Assembly: GCA_020726135.1 (NCBI GenBank)
Contig: DYTE01000002.1
Location: 5,739 to 69,738, forward strand
Length of the DNA: 64,000 bases
Direction: 5' to 3'
Source of the DNA: Rickettsia conorii
GTDB taxonomy: Bacteria; Pseudomonadota; Alphaproteobacteria; Rickettsiales; Rickettsiaceae
The number at the start of each line of letters is the position of its first letter. Position 1 is the first letter of the stretch. Shown in pieces: positions 52,539-62,800 of this stretch. A program made the position numbers and the translations under genes. The notes below the pieces were generated by a model, which worked only from the letters and a program-made list of their open reading frames with translations, did not search any database and was not told the origin of the DNA.

Positions 52539-53885
52539 ATGTTCAGTTCTCTATCTAAAAATCTTAGTAAAATTTTTGATAAAATAAAAGGCAAAGGTGT
52601 TATTACTGAATCTCATATAGATGATGTAATGCATGACATACGTATAGCTCTTTTAGAAGCTGACGTTGCCTTATCTGTAGTAAAGAATTTTATTGAACGA
52701 ATTAGATTAAAAGCAGTAGGTACTGAAATTATTAAATCTGTTTCTCCTGCGCAAATGATTATAAAAATCATACATGATGAGATAATCGAGATTTTATCTT
52801 CTACAGAAGAAGAACTGAAATTAAATTTTAATAGCGCAAGTCCTGTTAATATTTTAATGGTTGGACTTCAAGGTAGTGGAAAAACAACAGCTAGTGCAAA
52901 ACTTGCATTACGCCTTAAAAATCAAAATAAGAAAATATTATTAGTATCACTTGATACTTATAGGCCAGCTGCTCAAGAACAGCTTGCTATATTAAGTGCA
53001 TCTATAAATGTGAAATGCTTAGAAATAATAGAGTCTCAAAAACCTCTTGACATTACAAAGAGAGCTTTATCTGAATCAAAATTATCTGGTTATGATGTTG
53101 TAATATATGATACAGCAGGAAGATTGCAGATTGACGAAGAAATGATGAAAGAAGTTTCAAAAATCAAAGATATGATCAAACCTACTGAAACTATGTTGGT
53201 TATAGATTCTATGACAGGTCAAGATGCTATTGTAACAGCAAGCAATTTTAATGAAAAGCTTGGAATTACAGGGATTATATTGTCCAGAATTGATGGCGAT
53301 GCAAAAGGAGGTGCTGCTCTTAGCCTAAAACAAGTTACATCAAAACCCATTAAATTCTTAAGTACTGGTGAAAAATTACAAAATTTAGAATTATTTGATG
53401 CTGAACGTATTGCTTCAAGAATTTTAGATATGGGTGATATTGTTTCTTTTGTTGAAAATGCAGAACAAGCTGTAGATAAAGATGAAGCAGAAAGAGCAAC
53501 AAGAAGATTAAAAAAAGGTATATTTGATTTAAATGATTATTTAACCTATATGCGTAGCATAACAAAAATGGGTGGATTAACTAAAATAATAGGAATGTTA
53601 CCTGGGGCAAATTCATTCATGAGTAAAATTGGAGAAGATAAACTTAATAGTAAAATATTAACATATCAAACAGCCATTATTCTTTCCATGACGCCAGTCG
53701 AGCGAAAAAATCCAAATTTATTAAATGCTTCTCGTAAAAAACGTATAGCTTTAGGGGCTGGCAGACCTATAAATGAGATTAATGTTTTACTAAAGCAACA
53801 TATGCAAATTGCAAAAATGATGAAAAAAATGGTAGGTATGGATCCTGAAAATTTTATGAAAAATGCCATGGCTAGAATGTCATAA
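52539..53885 (+). CDS. ffh: Signal recognition particle protein Ffh
   Basis: It has the NG domain (GLQGSGKTTASAKLA, DTAGR, SRIDGDAKGGAALS) and a Met-rich M domain. Confidence 0.96.
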   Translation: MFSSLSKNLSKIFDKIKGKGVITESHIDDVMHDIRIALLEADVALSVVKNFIERIRLKAVGTEIIKSVSPAQMIIKIIHDEIIEILSSTEEELKLNFNSASPVNILMVGLQGSGKTTASAKLALRLKNQNKKILLVSLDTYRPAAQEQLAILSASINVKCLEIIESQKPLDITKRALSESKLSGYDVVIYDTAGRLQIDEEMMKEVSKIKDMIKPTETMLVIDSMTGQDAIVTASNFNEKLGITGIILSRIDGDAKGGAALSLKQVTSKPIKFLSTGEKLQNLELFDAERIASRILDMGDIVSFVENAEQAVDKDEAERATRRLKKGIFDLNDYLTYMRSITKMGGLTKIIGMLPGANSFMSKIGEDKLNSKILTYQTAIILSMTPVERKNPNLLNASRKKRIALGAGRPINEINVLLKQHMQIAKMMKKMVGMDPENFMKNAMARMS

Positions 53886-54048
53886 AACTAATATAGAATA
53901 TATATTCGAAATAATTACAACATCAATCTTCTCTTGTTTATCAAGCTCAAGTATATAGTCAAAAATTTATTTATAGTATATAATTAGATGTTAGGATATT
54001 AAAATAGTTAAATAATACCTAAATTATACGATATTTGAGGTAAGAATA

Positions 54049-55452
54049 ATGAGTTTTTTTAAGAAAAAGTCATTTGATTCTGTTAGGAATATTAGTAATT
54101 CTAGCGAATTAAATAAAACATTGACATCTTTTGATCTAATATTATTAGGTCTTGGCGCTATTATTGGTACTGGTGTTTTTGTAGTCACAGGTGTTGTAGC
54201 CGCAAAATATTCAGGACCAGCTGTTATGTTGTCATATATTATAGCAGGCCTTACATGTATTTTTGTTGCTCTTGCTTATACAGAACTTGCAACAATGTTA
54301 CCAACTTCTGGTAGTATCTATACATATTCATATGTTGCTTTTGGTGAAATATTTGCTTGGCTTATAGGTAGTGTTATAATATTAGAACTGGGTTTTGCAT
54401 CAGGTGTTGTTGCAGCTGGTTGGTCTGGATATATGCAAGGAATATTACAGTCAGCTGGAATAAATTTACCAAAATCATTAGTAACAGTTCCTGCAAATGG
54501 TGGTATAGTTAATTTACCAGCGATAATTATAACTTTATTTGTATCTTTTATATTATATTTAGGTACAAAAGATAGTAAAAAATTAAATGCGATTTTAGTT
54601 TTCATAAAAATGGCCGCAATATTTGCATTTGTAGTATCTGCTACACCACATTTTGATGCAACAAATTGGGAAAATTTTACTCCTTTTGGGTTTGATAATG
54701 TTGTTGTTGGTGCATCAATATTATTTTTTGCATTTACAGGATTTGGGACATTAGCAACAGCGGCTGAAGAATGTAAAAATCCAAAACGTGATTTGATGGT
54801 GGGAATCATCGGATCTCTTGTAATATCAACTATTGTTTACGTTATTATGGGTGGTCTTTTAACTGGTATAGTACCATTTGCTTCATTAGATAATGATCAG
54901 CCACTTGCACACGCGCTTAGCATTAACAAAAGTAATATTGGCTCAGCAATAGTCGCAACTGGTGCTGTTTGTGGTATGACAACAGTTTTGATGATGAATA
55001 TTTATGGTGCTTCACGTATTTTTTATGTAATATCAAGGGATGGTTTACTACCAACTTCTTTTGCAAAACTCCATCCTAAATATGAGAGTCCTTATATTAC
55101 AATCATTGCTTTTGCTCTTTTAGCAATGATACTTAGTGGCTTTTGTTCAACTGAATTATTAACTCAATTATCATCTATGGGTGCTCTTGTTGATTATATA
55201 TTTGTTGTGATTATTGTTTTCTTATTTCGTTTTAAATTACCTGATGCTGCAAGACCATTTAAATGTCCTGGTTTATTTATAGTTGCTCCAATTGCTTTCA
55301 CTTCATGTGCTTATTTGCTATATAAACAAATGTTTGGTAATAATTGTAACTTGTCTTTGGCTGGAAAAAGCATACTATGTTGGTTTATGTTAATGTTTAT
55401 GCTATATATAGTAAGGTCATTTATAGTTAAATCAGAAAAATATGAAAGATAA
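54049..55452 (+). CDS. APC-superfamily amino acid permease
   Basis: It has about 12 TM helices. The N-terminal LTSFDLILLGLGAIIGTGVFV and the FAFTGF motif are typical of amino acid/polyamine permeases. Confidence 0.88.
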   Translation: MSFFKKKSFDSVRNISNSSELNKTLTSFDLILLGLGAIIGTGVFVVTGVVAAKYSGPAVMLSYIIAGLTCIFVALAYTELATMLPTSGSIYTYSYVAFGEIFAWLIGSVIILELGFASGVVAAGWSGYMQGILQSAGINLPKSLVTVPANGGIVNLPAIIITLFVSFILYLGTKDSKKLNAILVFIKMAAIFAFVVSATPHFDATNWENFTPFGFDNVVVGASILFFAFTGFGTLATAAEECKNPKRDLMVGIIGSLVISTIVYVIMGGLLTGIVPFASLDNDQPLAHALSINKSNIGSAIVATGAVCGMTTVLMMNIYGASRIFYVISRDGLLPTSFAKLHPKYESPYITIIAFALLAMILSGFCSTELLTQLSSMGALVDYIFVVIIVFLFRFKLPDAARPFKCPGLFIVAPIAFTSCAYLLYKQMFGNNCNLSLAGKSILCWFMLMFMLYIVRSFIVKSEKYER

Positions 55453-55485
55453 TAATCAATGAACATATAATAATTAAACAAATTT

Positions 55486-56463
55486 ATGATTGATAAAGAA
55501 AAATATAAATTATCAAAAGATCAATATATAGATGCTTATAAAAAAATATTATTGACTAGAAGATTTGAAGAAAAAGCTGGTAATCTTTATGGTAGAGGTT
55601 TAATAGGAGGATTTTGTCATTTATATATTGGGCAAGAAGCAGTCGCAGCAGCAACTTATATTGTAAAAAATAAGGATGATAGCATCATCACAAGTTATCG
55701 TTGTCATGCACATGTTATTTTAGCTGGCACTCAAGCAAAATATGTACTTGCTGAATTATTAGGTAAAGATTCAGGTTGTTCAAAAGGTAAAGGAGGATCT
55801 ATGCATTTGTTTGATGCTAGAAATAAATTTTACGGTGGACATGGAATAGTTGGAGCTCAAGTATCATTAGGCACAGGTCTTGCATTTGCGGAAAAATATA
55901 AAGAAACAAATAATTTATGTTTTACATTTCTTGGCGATGGCGCAATAAATCAAGGTCAAGTTTATGAATCATTTAATATGGCAGCCTTGTGGAAATTGCC
56001 AGTAATATATATTATAGAAAATAATGAATATTCAATGGGAACATCAGTTGCACGTTCAACTTATATGACTGATCTATATAAAAAAGGTGAATCATTTGGA
56101 ATTAATGGAATTAGAGTGAATGGTATGGATCTTGAAGAAACATATGCAGCTCTAATGTATGCAACAGAATTTGTACGTAACAATAATGGTCCATTAATAT
56201 TAGAAATGAAAACATATAGATATAGAGGTCATTCAATGTCTGATCCTGCAAAATATCGTTCTAAAGAAGAGGTTGAAGAATATAAAGAATTAGATGTTTT
56301 AAACCATACAAGAAATAAATTATTAGAATATAATTATGCTACTGAGGATGAAATAAAAACCTACGAAAAATCTATAAAAAATATTTTAAATGATGCAGAA
56401 GAATTTGCATTAAATGCCGAACTACCAGATATATCAAACTTATATCATGATGTGTTAGCTTAA
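55486..56463 (+). CDS. pdhA: Pyruvate dehydrogenase E1 component subunit alpha
   Basis: The sequence GFCHLYIGQEAV and the TPP-binding motif GDGAINQG...E..N.A..W.LPVIYIIENN.Y.MGT are the E1-alpha consensus. Confidence 0.93.
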   Translation: MIDKEKYKLSKDQYIDAYKKILLTRRFEEKAGNLYGRGLIGGFCHLYIGQEAVAAATYIVKNKDDSIITSYRCHAHVILAGTQAKYVLAELLGKDSGCSKGKGGSMHLFDARNKFYGGHGIVGAQVSLGTGLAFAEKYKETNNLCFTFLGDGAINQGQVYESFNMAALWKLPVIYIIENNEYSMGTSVARSTYMTDLYKKGESFGINGIRVNGMDLEETYAALMYATEFVRNNNGPLILEMKTYRYRGHSMSDPAKYRSKEEVEEYKELDVLNHTRNKLLEYNYATEDEIKTYEKSIKNILNDAEEFALNAELPDISNLYHDVLA

Positions 56464-56475
56464 CTACCTATTTTA

Positions 56476-56811
56476 ATGGAAATATTTATGACACATAATA
56501 CACAATATTTAGAAAAATTTATAGTAACTTTACTAGATGAAAAGAAGGCTGAAAATATTGAGATAATTAATCCTAAAAATAGTGATATTGAATCTGTAAT
56601 ATTTGCAAATGGTCGTTCGATAAAAAATATATCTTCAATTGCTGAATATATAGCCTTATCTCTTAAACATGATTATAAAATTACTACACATACCGAAGGG
56701 TTGCAAAATTCTTCATGGGTGTTGATTGATGCTGGTGCTATTCTTGTAAATATTTTTTGTGATGATGCTCGCAATATTGTTAATTTAGAACAATTGTGGC
56801 AAGTTAGATAA
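56476..56811 (+). CDS. rsfS: Ribosomal silencing factor RsfS (iojap-like)
   Basis: It is about 110 aa. The pattern L.EKKAENI..I........D..I.A.G.S......IA and W.L.D.G..V.NIF is RsfS-like. The start may be the ATG at 56488. Confidence 0.75.
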   Translation: MEIFMTHNTQYLEKFIVTLLDEKKAENIEIINPKNSDIESVIFANGRSIKNISSIAEYIALSLKHDYKITTHTEGLQNSSWVLIDAGAILVNIFCDDARNIVNLEQLWQVR

Positions 56812-56950
56812 ATTTTACATTTCTTTGAAAGAATAACCATTTCTACTAAAAATTAATATTTAAATTTTCTTTAAAATATAATATAAGTTTATATAGTTTT
56901 TAGTAGTTAAAAACCATTAACTAATACAACAATCTTTAAAAAAGGTATCA

Positions 56951-58672
56951 ATGGAAGCAGATCATATTCTAATTAACGTAATTATTTTAATAGGAGTTGC
57001 AGTATTTGTTGTTTCGACATTAAAACGTCTTAATATAAGTCCAGTTATTGGTTATTTAATTGCTGGTACTGTTATAGGTGATCATGGATTTAAAATTATT
57101 ACTTATAGTCAAACAAAAATGCTAGGAGAACTTGGTGTTGTTTTTTTACTATTTGCTATAGGCCTTGAACTTTCTATTTCTAGATTAATTGCAATGAAAA
57201 AATATGTTTTTGGTCTTGGTTCATTTCAGGTGATCACAACCTCAATTGTTATAGCTTCAGGATATGCATTAATTTCTGGCAATAATAGTGTTGGAATAAT
57301 TATAGGAGGTGGACTTGCATTATCATCTACTGCAATTGTAATGCAAGTTATAGAAGAAACGCGTAGTCAATCAACTCAAATTGGACGTATAGCACTCGCT
57401 ATATTATTATTACAAGATTTAGCTGTAGTTCCACTTCTTGTGATTGTTCCTTTGCTTGCAGGGACAGGCACGACATCATTGGCTAGTGCTTTAGGCCTTG
57501 CATTTGTTAAAGCTGTTATAGCCTTATTAGCAATCTTTATTGCAGGAAGATTATTCCTACGACCTTTATTTGGAATGATATCTTATGATAATGGAGATAA
57601 TAGCGAATTACCAATTTCTATGACCTTATTAGTAGTTTTATCAGCTGCTTGGGCAACTGAATATTTTGGCTTGTCTCTAGCTTTGGGAGCTTTTGTAGCA
57701 GGTATTTTAGTTGCAGAAACTGATTTTAGAGTTCAAGCCGAAGAAAGTATTTATCCATTTAAAAGCTTATTTCTTGGTTTGTTTTTTATGACAGTTGGAA
57801 TGAATATTGATGTGATTGAGATATATAATCAATTATCAACAATCATTACATTTTCAATTGCTTTAATTTTCGTCAAAAGCTTTATAATTACTTGTTTTTG
57901 CATTTTATTTAAATTTAGTAAAGGTGTTTCAATCCATGCAGGATTGTTATTATCACAAGGTAGTGAGTTTGCATTTGTATTATTTGGCTTAGGTAAAGAA
58001 ACTGGTGTAATACCAGAAAATACAGCAAATTTATTATTTTTGATTGTTGCATGTACTATGGCAAGCACACCTTTAATTGCAGCATTAGGGCAAAAATTAT
58101 CTGAAAAAATAGATAATATAATACAAAAATCTCCTTTAGATGTGTTGGAATTTGGTACTAGGGATTTAACAAATCATGTTATTATAGGTGGATTTGGTAG
58201 TATCGGCAGAATGATATCAAGAATACTTGAAGCTCAAGGATTAAATTATGTGATTCTTGATGTGAATGATGAAATAGTGAATGCAGAACGTGCTAATAAT
58301 TTACCAATTTTTAAAGGTGATATATGTCAGGTAGGAACTTTACAAGCTGTTGGTATGGAAAAAGCTTTAGCTGTAGTATTAACTATGAATAATCAAGTCA
58401 CTGTCAAGAAATCATTGAAAACAATAAATAATTATTATCCAGATTTAAAAACTATTTTAAGATTAAAAAATCTTGATAATGCTCGTGAATTTTATGATAG
58501 CGGCGCTGATATCATCATACCAGAAAATTATGAAACAGGTTTACAAATTGGTGGAGCTATTTTAAAATCTGTAGGAGTTAGTGAAAATGATATTAATAGA
58601 ATAAAAAGCCAATTTAGATCAGGTAATTATGTTTCAACAGTACGTATATTGGAATCTGAAGAAGATGAATAA
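56951..58672 (+). CDS. CPA2-family monovalent cation:proton antiporter with C-terminal TrkA-N (RCK) domain, KefB/KefC-like
   Basis: It has about 12 TM helices in a Na+/H+ exchanger fold. The Rossmann motif IIGGFGSIGRMI follows in the C-terminal domain. Confidence 0.88.
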   Translation: MEADHILINVIILIGVAVFVVSTLKRLNISPVIGYLIAGTVIGDHGFKIITYSQTKMLGELGVVFLLFAIGLELSISRLIAMKKYVFGLGSFQVITTSIVIASGYALISGNNSVGIIIGGGLALSSTAIVMQVIEETRSQSTQIGRIALAILLLQDLAVVPLLVIVPLLAGTGTTSLASALGLAFVKAVIALLAIFIAGRLFLRPLFGMISYDNGDNSELPISMTLLVVLSAAWATEYFGLSLALGAFVAGILVAETDFRVQAEESIYPFKSLFLGLFFMTVGMNIDVIEIYNQLSTIITFSIALIFVKSFIITCFCILFKFSKGVSIHAGLLLSQGSEFAFVLFGLGKETGVIPENTANLLFLIVACTMASTPLIAALGQKLSEKIDNIIQKSPLDVLEFGTRDLTNHVIIGGFGSIGRMISRILEAQGLNYVILDVNDEIVNAERANNLPIFKGDICQVGTLQAVGMEKALAVVLTMNNQVTVKKSLKTINNYYPDLKTILRLKNLDNAREFYDSGADIIIPENYETGLQIGGAILKSVGVSENDINRIKSQFRSGNYVSTVRILESEEDE

Positions 58673-58833
58673 TAATTATTATGAAATAAATAGACAAAAA
58701 TAATTTGTGTACGATATTTTATATTATTGCTGAGTAAATCGACATTGCAATATCTATATTCTTGACTATTTATTTTAGTACTTTATAAATTAAATTAATG
58801 AATCCCTTATTAATTAAAATCTAAAATAGATAT

Positions 58834-59604
58834 ATGACATATTCCATCATACAAACTATAAATTATATTCAAGAAATTTCAAATGTAATCAAGAATGCAG
58901 ATAATGATACACTTATATTATTTGATATTGATGAAGTAGTTTTAATGGACCAGGATAGTTATAGATTAACTCACCCTATTAGAAAAAAAATAATTGTTGA
59001 AACTAAAGCAAGAATTTCAAGAGAAGAAAAATTAAAATTTTTTAGTGCTATTTTTAAAAATAGAAAAATACGTTATGTAGATGATAATATTGTAGATATA
59101 TTTAAATTTCTTAAAGCAAATAAACTCAATATTATGGCTCTTACAAAATTATATACAGGAAAATTTGGATTAATTGATGATTTTGTAGAATGGAGAATTA
59201 AAGAACTTGCATCCTGCAATATAAATTTCTTAGAATTATCTCCTTTTAAACATGAGCTTTTAGCTAATCACATGAACCATGATCATGGCGGTATACCAAC
59301 ATTAAAAGATGGAATAATATTTACAGCTGATTTAGAGAAAGGTCCTGTTCTTGAATATTTTCTAACGAAGTTAAATTATTTTCCTAAAAAAATTATATTT
59401 ATAGATGATTTAATTTCTAATATAAAATCAGTTGAAGAAACATGTTCGAAATTTAATATTGAATATCATGCTTTTGAATTTTTGGGGGCAAAAAATATTC
59501 CTGAAATAGAATTAAATGAAATTATTGAACGAAAAAGATTTCAAATAGTAGAAGAAGAATCAATATGGATAGAAAATGATGATATTGTAAGATCTAGAAT
59601 TTAA
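58834..59604 (+). CDS. HAD-superfamily-like hypothetical protein
   Basis: It has HAD motif I LILFDIDEVVL (DxDxV), a candidate motif II (MALTK) and motif IV IIFIDDLISN. It has no signal peptide. My family assignment beyond HAD-like is not supported. Confidence 0.45.
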   Translation: MTYSIIQTINYIQEISNVIKNADNDTLILFDIDEVVLMDQDSYRLTHPIRKKIIVETKARISREEKLKFFSAIFKNRKIRYVDDNIVDIFKFLKANKLNIMALTKLYTGKFGLIDDFVEWRIKELASCNINFLELSPFKHELLANHMNHDHGGIPTLKDGIIFTADLEKGPVLEYFLTKLNYFPKKIIFIDDLISNIKSVEETCSKFNIEYHAFEFLGAKNIPEIELNEIIERKRFQIVEEESIWIENDDIVRSRI

Positions 59605-59774
59605 TTATAGTAATTATAAATAAAACTTATATAATGTTACAACAATTCTAATTTTAATTATATATTTTTAAAAAAACTTAAAATAAGAATTGTTGATTAC
59701 TCATATTTCATATTTTTGAAATCTATCTCACTTTAATTATTAACTAAATAGTTAATAAAATCTTAAAATTATCA

Positions 59775-59802
59775 TTGACTATTAATAAATTTACTATATA
59801 CT
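59775..59802 (+). promoter_or_regulatory. Sigma70-like promoter candidate for the autotransporter gene (TTGACT-16 nt-TATACT)
   Basis: I read it directly from the sequence. It lies about 95 nt upstream of the ATG at 59898. The AT-rich context limits specificity. Confidence 0.3.
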
Positions 59803-59897
59803 CGATATCAATCTAACAATATTTGTTACCTTGAGTTTGTTTTTCTAGGCGTTATGAATATTTATAGTTAATTTATTTTAATAAATAAGTAATAATT

Positions 59898-62800
59898 ATG
59901 AAAAAATCAATGATCGTCAATAAAGAAATTAATATTCTAAAGATTTTATTAGTTTCCTCTATATTAAGTAATGTTTATGTTACTGGTGTTGTTGGAGCTG
60001 ATATTTATGTAAACCCAAATATTCCAGCTGTACCTCAGTTAAATGGAATACCACGAGCACCTCAGTTAAATGGAATACCTCAGGCACCACTATTACTAGG
60101 AATACCTCAGGCACCACTATTACTAGGAATACCTCAGGCACCACTATTACTAGGAATACCTCAAGCACCTAATTTAGGTGGAATACCTCCAGCACCTAAT
60201 TTAGGTGGAATACCTCCAGCACCACTATTACAAGGAATACCTCTGGCACCAGTAGGAGTTAATTTTGGTGGAAATAATGGTGTGATAAACCCAGCGCAAC
60301 AGCCATTACAACAATTAGAGTCAAAATTAATTGCATTTAATAATCAAGGGAATAATAATTTAAAAGAATTAGAAGTGATATTAAAGCAGTATAGTGCTAA
60401 TATTAAAAAAATTATTGGATTTGAATCAAAAGAACGAATTATTACACTATATGATGGTCTTATTAAAGCGTCTCAACAGGCACAAGAGAAATTTTCAATA
60501 AGTAAAGATTATCAGGAAAATTCACAACTTATAGATGGTATGATAAGTGATATAGATGTTAAAGCTAACGAGCAAGCAGGAGGTCAAATGCAGGGAATTA
60601 ATCTTATTAGAATGAAGTTGACTGAGGAAGTCATGACTGAGGGAAAAATTCAGTTAAGTAACTTTGAAAGGTTTAGTACAAATGAAGAAACTATTAAGAG
60701 ATTCAATGAGAATATAAAATCTTTAACTGCGATGAAACAATCATTTGTTGGGATTGATGATGCAAGCTTCACTCAATTAAGAAACAATATTAAGTCAGCG
60801 CCACAAGTGAAGGTAGAAACAAATACAAAAACTGAGATGATAAATTTTTTTGAAAACAAGATACAGACTGTGAAAAGAGCAGATTGGGATGACTATGCTT
60901 CTATTTCTATTTCTAAATTACCAATGGGATATGTGATTAGTAAATCCATAGAACAAAATATTATTGTTGGGATAAATCAAAGAATATTAAATATCTTAAA
61001 CTCGACAGATCCAAAATTAGAGACACTTGCTACAAGCTTATCGGGGGAGCTCCCAGTAAATGAAAAATTAGAGATGATTGCTGAAGCAAAGCATAATATA
61101 ACGACACTAGTAGAACAGCAGCACGATAATAACATATTGAGTACTTTAATTAAATATAATGATCTTATAAACAAAGATATTGAAGCAATAAATAATAACG
61201 CAGATTTAAAAACAGATCCAAAAAAAGAAAATATGGAGATCAGCGATTTACTCTTGAAGCATAAGATGAAAAATATAGAGGTATCTCAGATGATTTATAG
61301 TGATTCTGTAAATAGGTTTGATAATGAGAGTCATGAGCCGAAGAATAAACTAACAGCTCGTCTATCAGCATATCGAGATGCACAGCAGAGGAAAGATCAG
61401 TTGCAAGAGATATTAAATAAAAATCAAGAGCTAAATGCATCAGAGATATCTCTTGTATTTGGAGATGATGCAGCTTTAGCAAAGAGATATGATCAGATGG
61501 GCGTAGAGGATAAAAAAAAATTATTATTGGACACAGTTTTAGAGAATATTAAAAAGAAAGACACGGCTATAGAAGAGCTATCACAACAAATTCAACCTCA
61601 ATATGCTAAGTTACTAGTAACAAAATCAGGTATGCTCAAGAGAGAGCAGCAACAAGCTCAACAAAATATTGAAAAAAAGAAGTTTATTAAACTAGAAAAC
61701 AAAGGAACAGGGCAGAATACGAAATTACAGAAAGCTCATGTAGAAAAATCATCAATGTTAGATAAAACCGAACATAAAGAACAACAAAATATTTTAACAA
61801 AAACCCAATTGAAAGAAGTTCCAAAACACTATAATTATAAGGAGCAAGGACAAAATCTCTTTGAAGTCGAAAAGAAGAAAATTTTGGATAATAATACACT
61901 TACTGTTGTTGTAAAAAATCAAAAAATTGCTGACCTACAAAAGGAGATTACTAACTCTTTCAATAGTGCTGCAAATAAAGTGTTTAATAATATAGTAGAT
62001 AATATGAACACAACATTAAAAATAGAGGATAAGAGAGTATTACAAACATTTGATTTGAGCGATAGTAACTTAAATAATACAAATATTGATGAAAAATCAA
62101 GACAGGATCTTGCAAAGACAAAAGAGGAAGTATTTAAGTGTTTTAATAACTTATTGCTTAGATTTAATCATAATAGTATATTGGTGAAAGATTCTGTTTT
62201 AGAAGCAGAAATGTCTGGAATTGCAAAAGATCTAATGACTATCTATTATTACAATAGTTTTAATGATAGAGGTATATTTAATTCTGAAAATGACTTAACA
62301 TTAGAATATAGAAAATATATGGGAAATACAAATACATATAAACAACAACTAAATGATGCTATTAATAAACAACTATTAAAGACTGAACTTAAATCTACAA
62401 AGGAAAAATTAGAAGAAGAGATTGCAAAAATACAAAAATTAGAAAAAGAAAATGCAGAACTGAAAGCCAGCAACTTAAATAATTCAAAGTTAAAAGAATT
62501 AGAAAAAGAAAATGCCGAGCTTAAAGAATATCTTAAAAACGCAACTCATAGTTCTACTAATACTAGTTATGATATTAGTTCAAATGTTGTAGTCAATAAT
62601 AACAATAATTATTTTAACACAAATATTTCTGTAAGTGATGGAGTTGAGAGAACAATATCAAATATTGTAAAATTTTCTAGATTGAAAAAAAACGTTGCAT
62701 CATATAAGGATGAATATATTTCTTTAACTGATGTGTTAACATCAGAAATATGTTCTGAAGAACTTGCTAATGCCATCGAGGAATCAGATTCATATTATTT

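Noticed and set aside
54318-54809. 163-aa minus-strand ORF inside the APC permease gene
   Set aside because: It lies entirely antisense to a well-supported membrane transporter CDS and has no motif or RBS. It is a typical shadow ORF.
56843-56906. 10-bp inverted repeat CTACTAAAAA ... TTTTTAGTAG between rsfS and the KefB-like gene
   Set aside because: The arms are almost pure A/T, the loop is 44 nt and stability would be very low. It is likely a chance match.
60045-60260. 27-bp tandem repeats as a possible CRISPR array or minisatellite outside genes
   Set aside because: The repeats are contiguous with no spacers. They are in frame within a long ORF and encode a coherent proline-rich peptide repeat. 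The minus-strand ORF 59980..60168 is just the shadow of this repeat.
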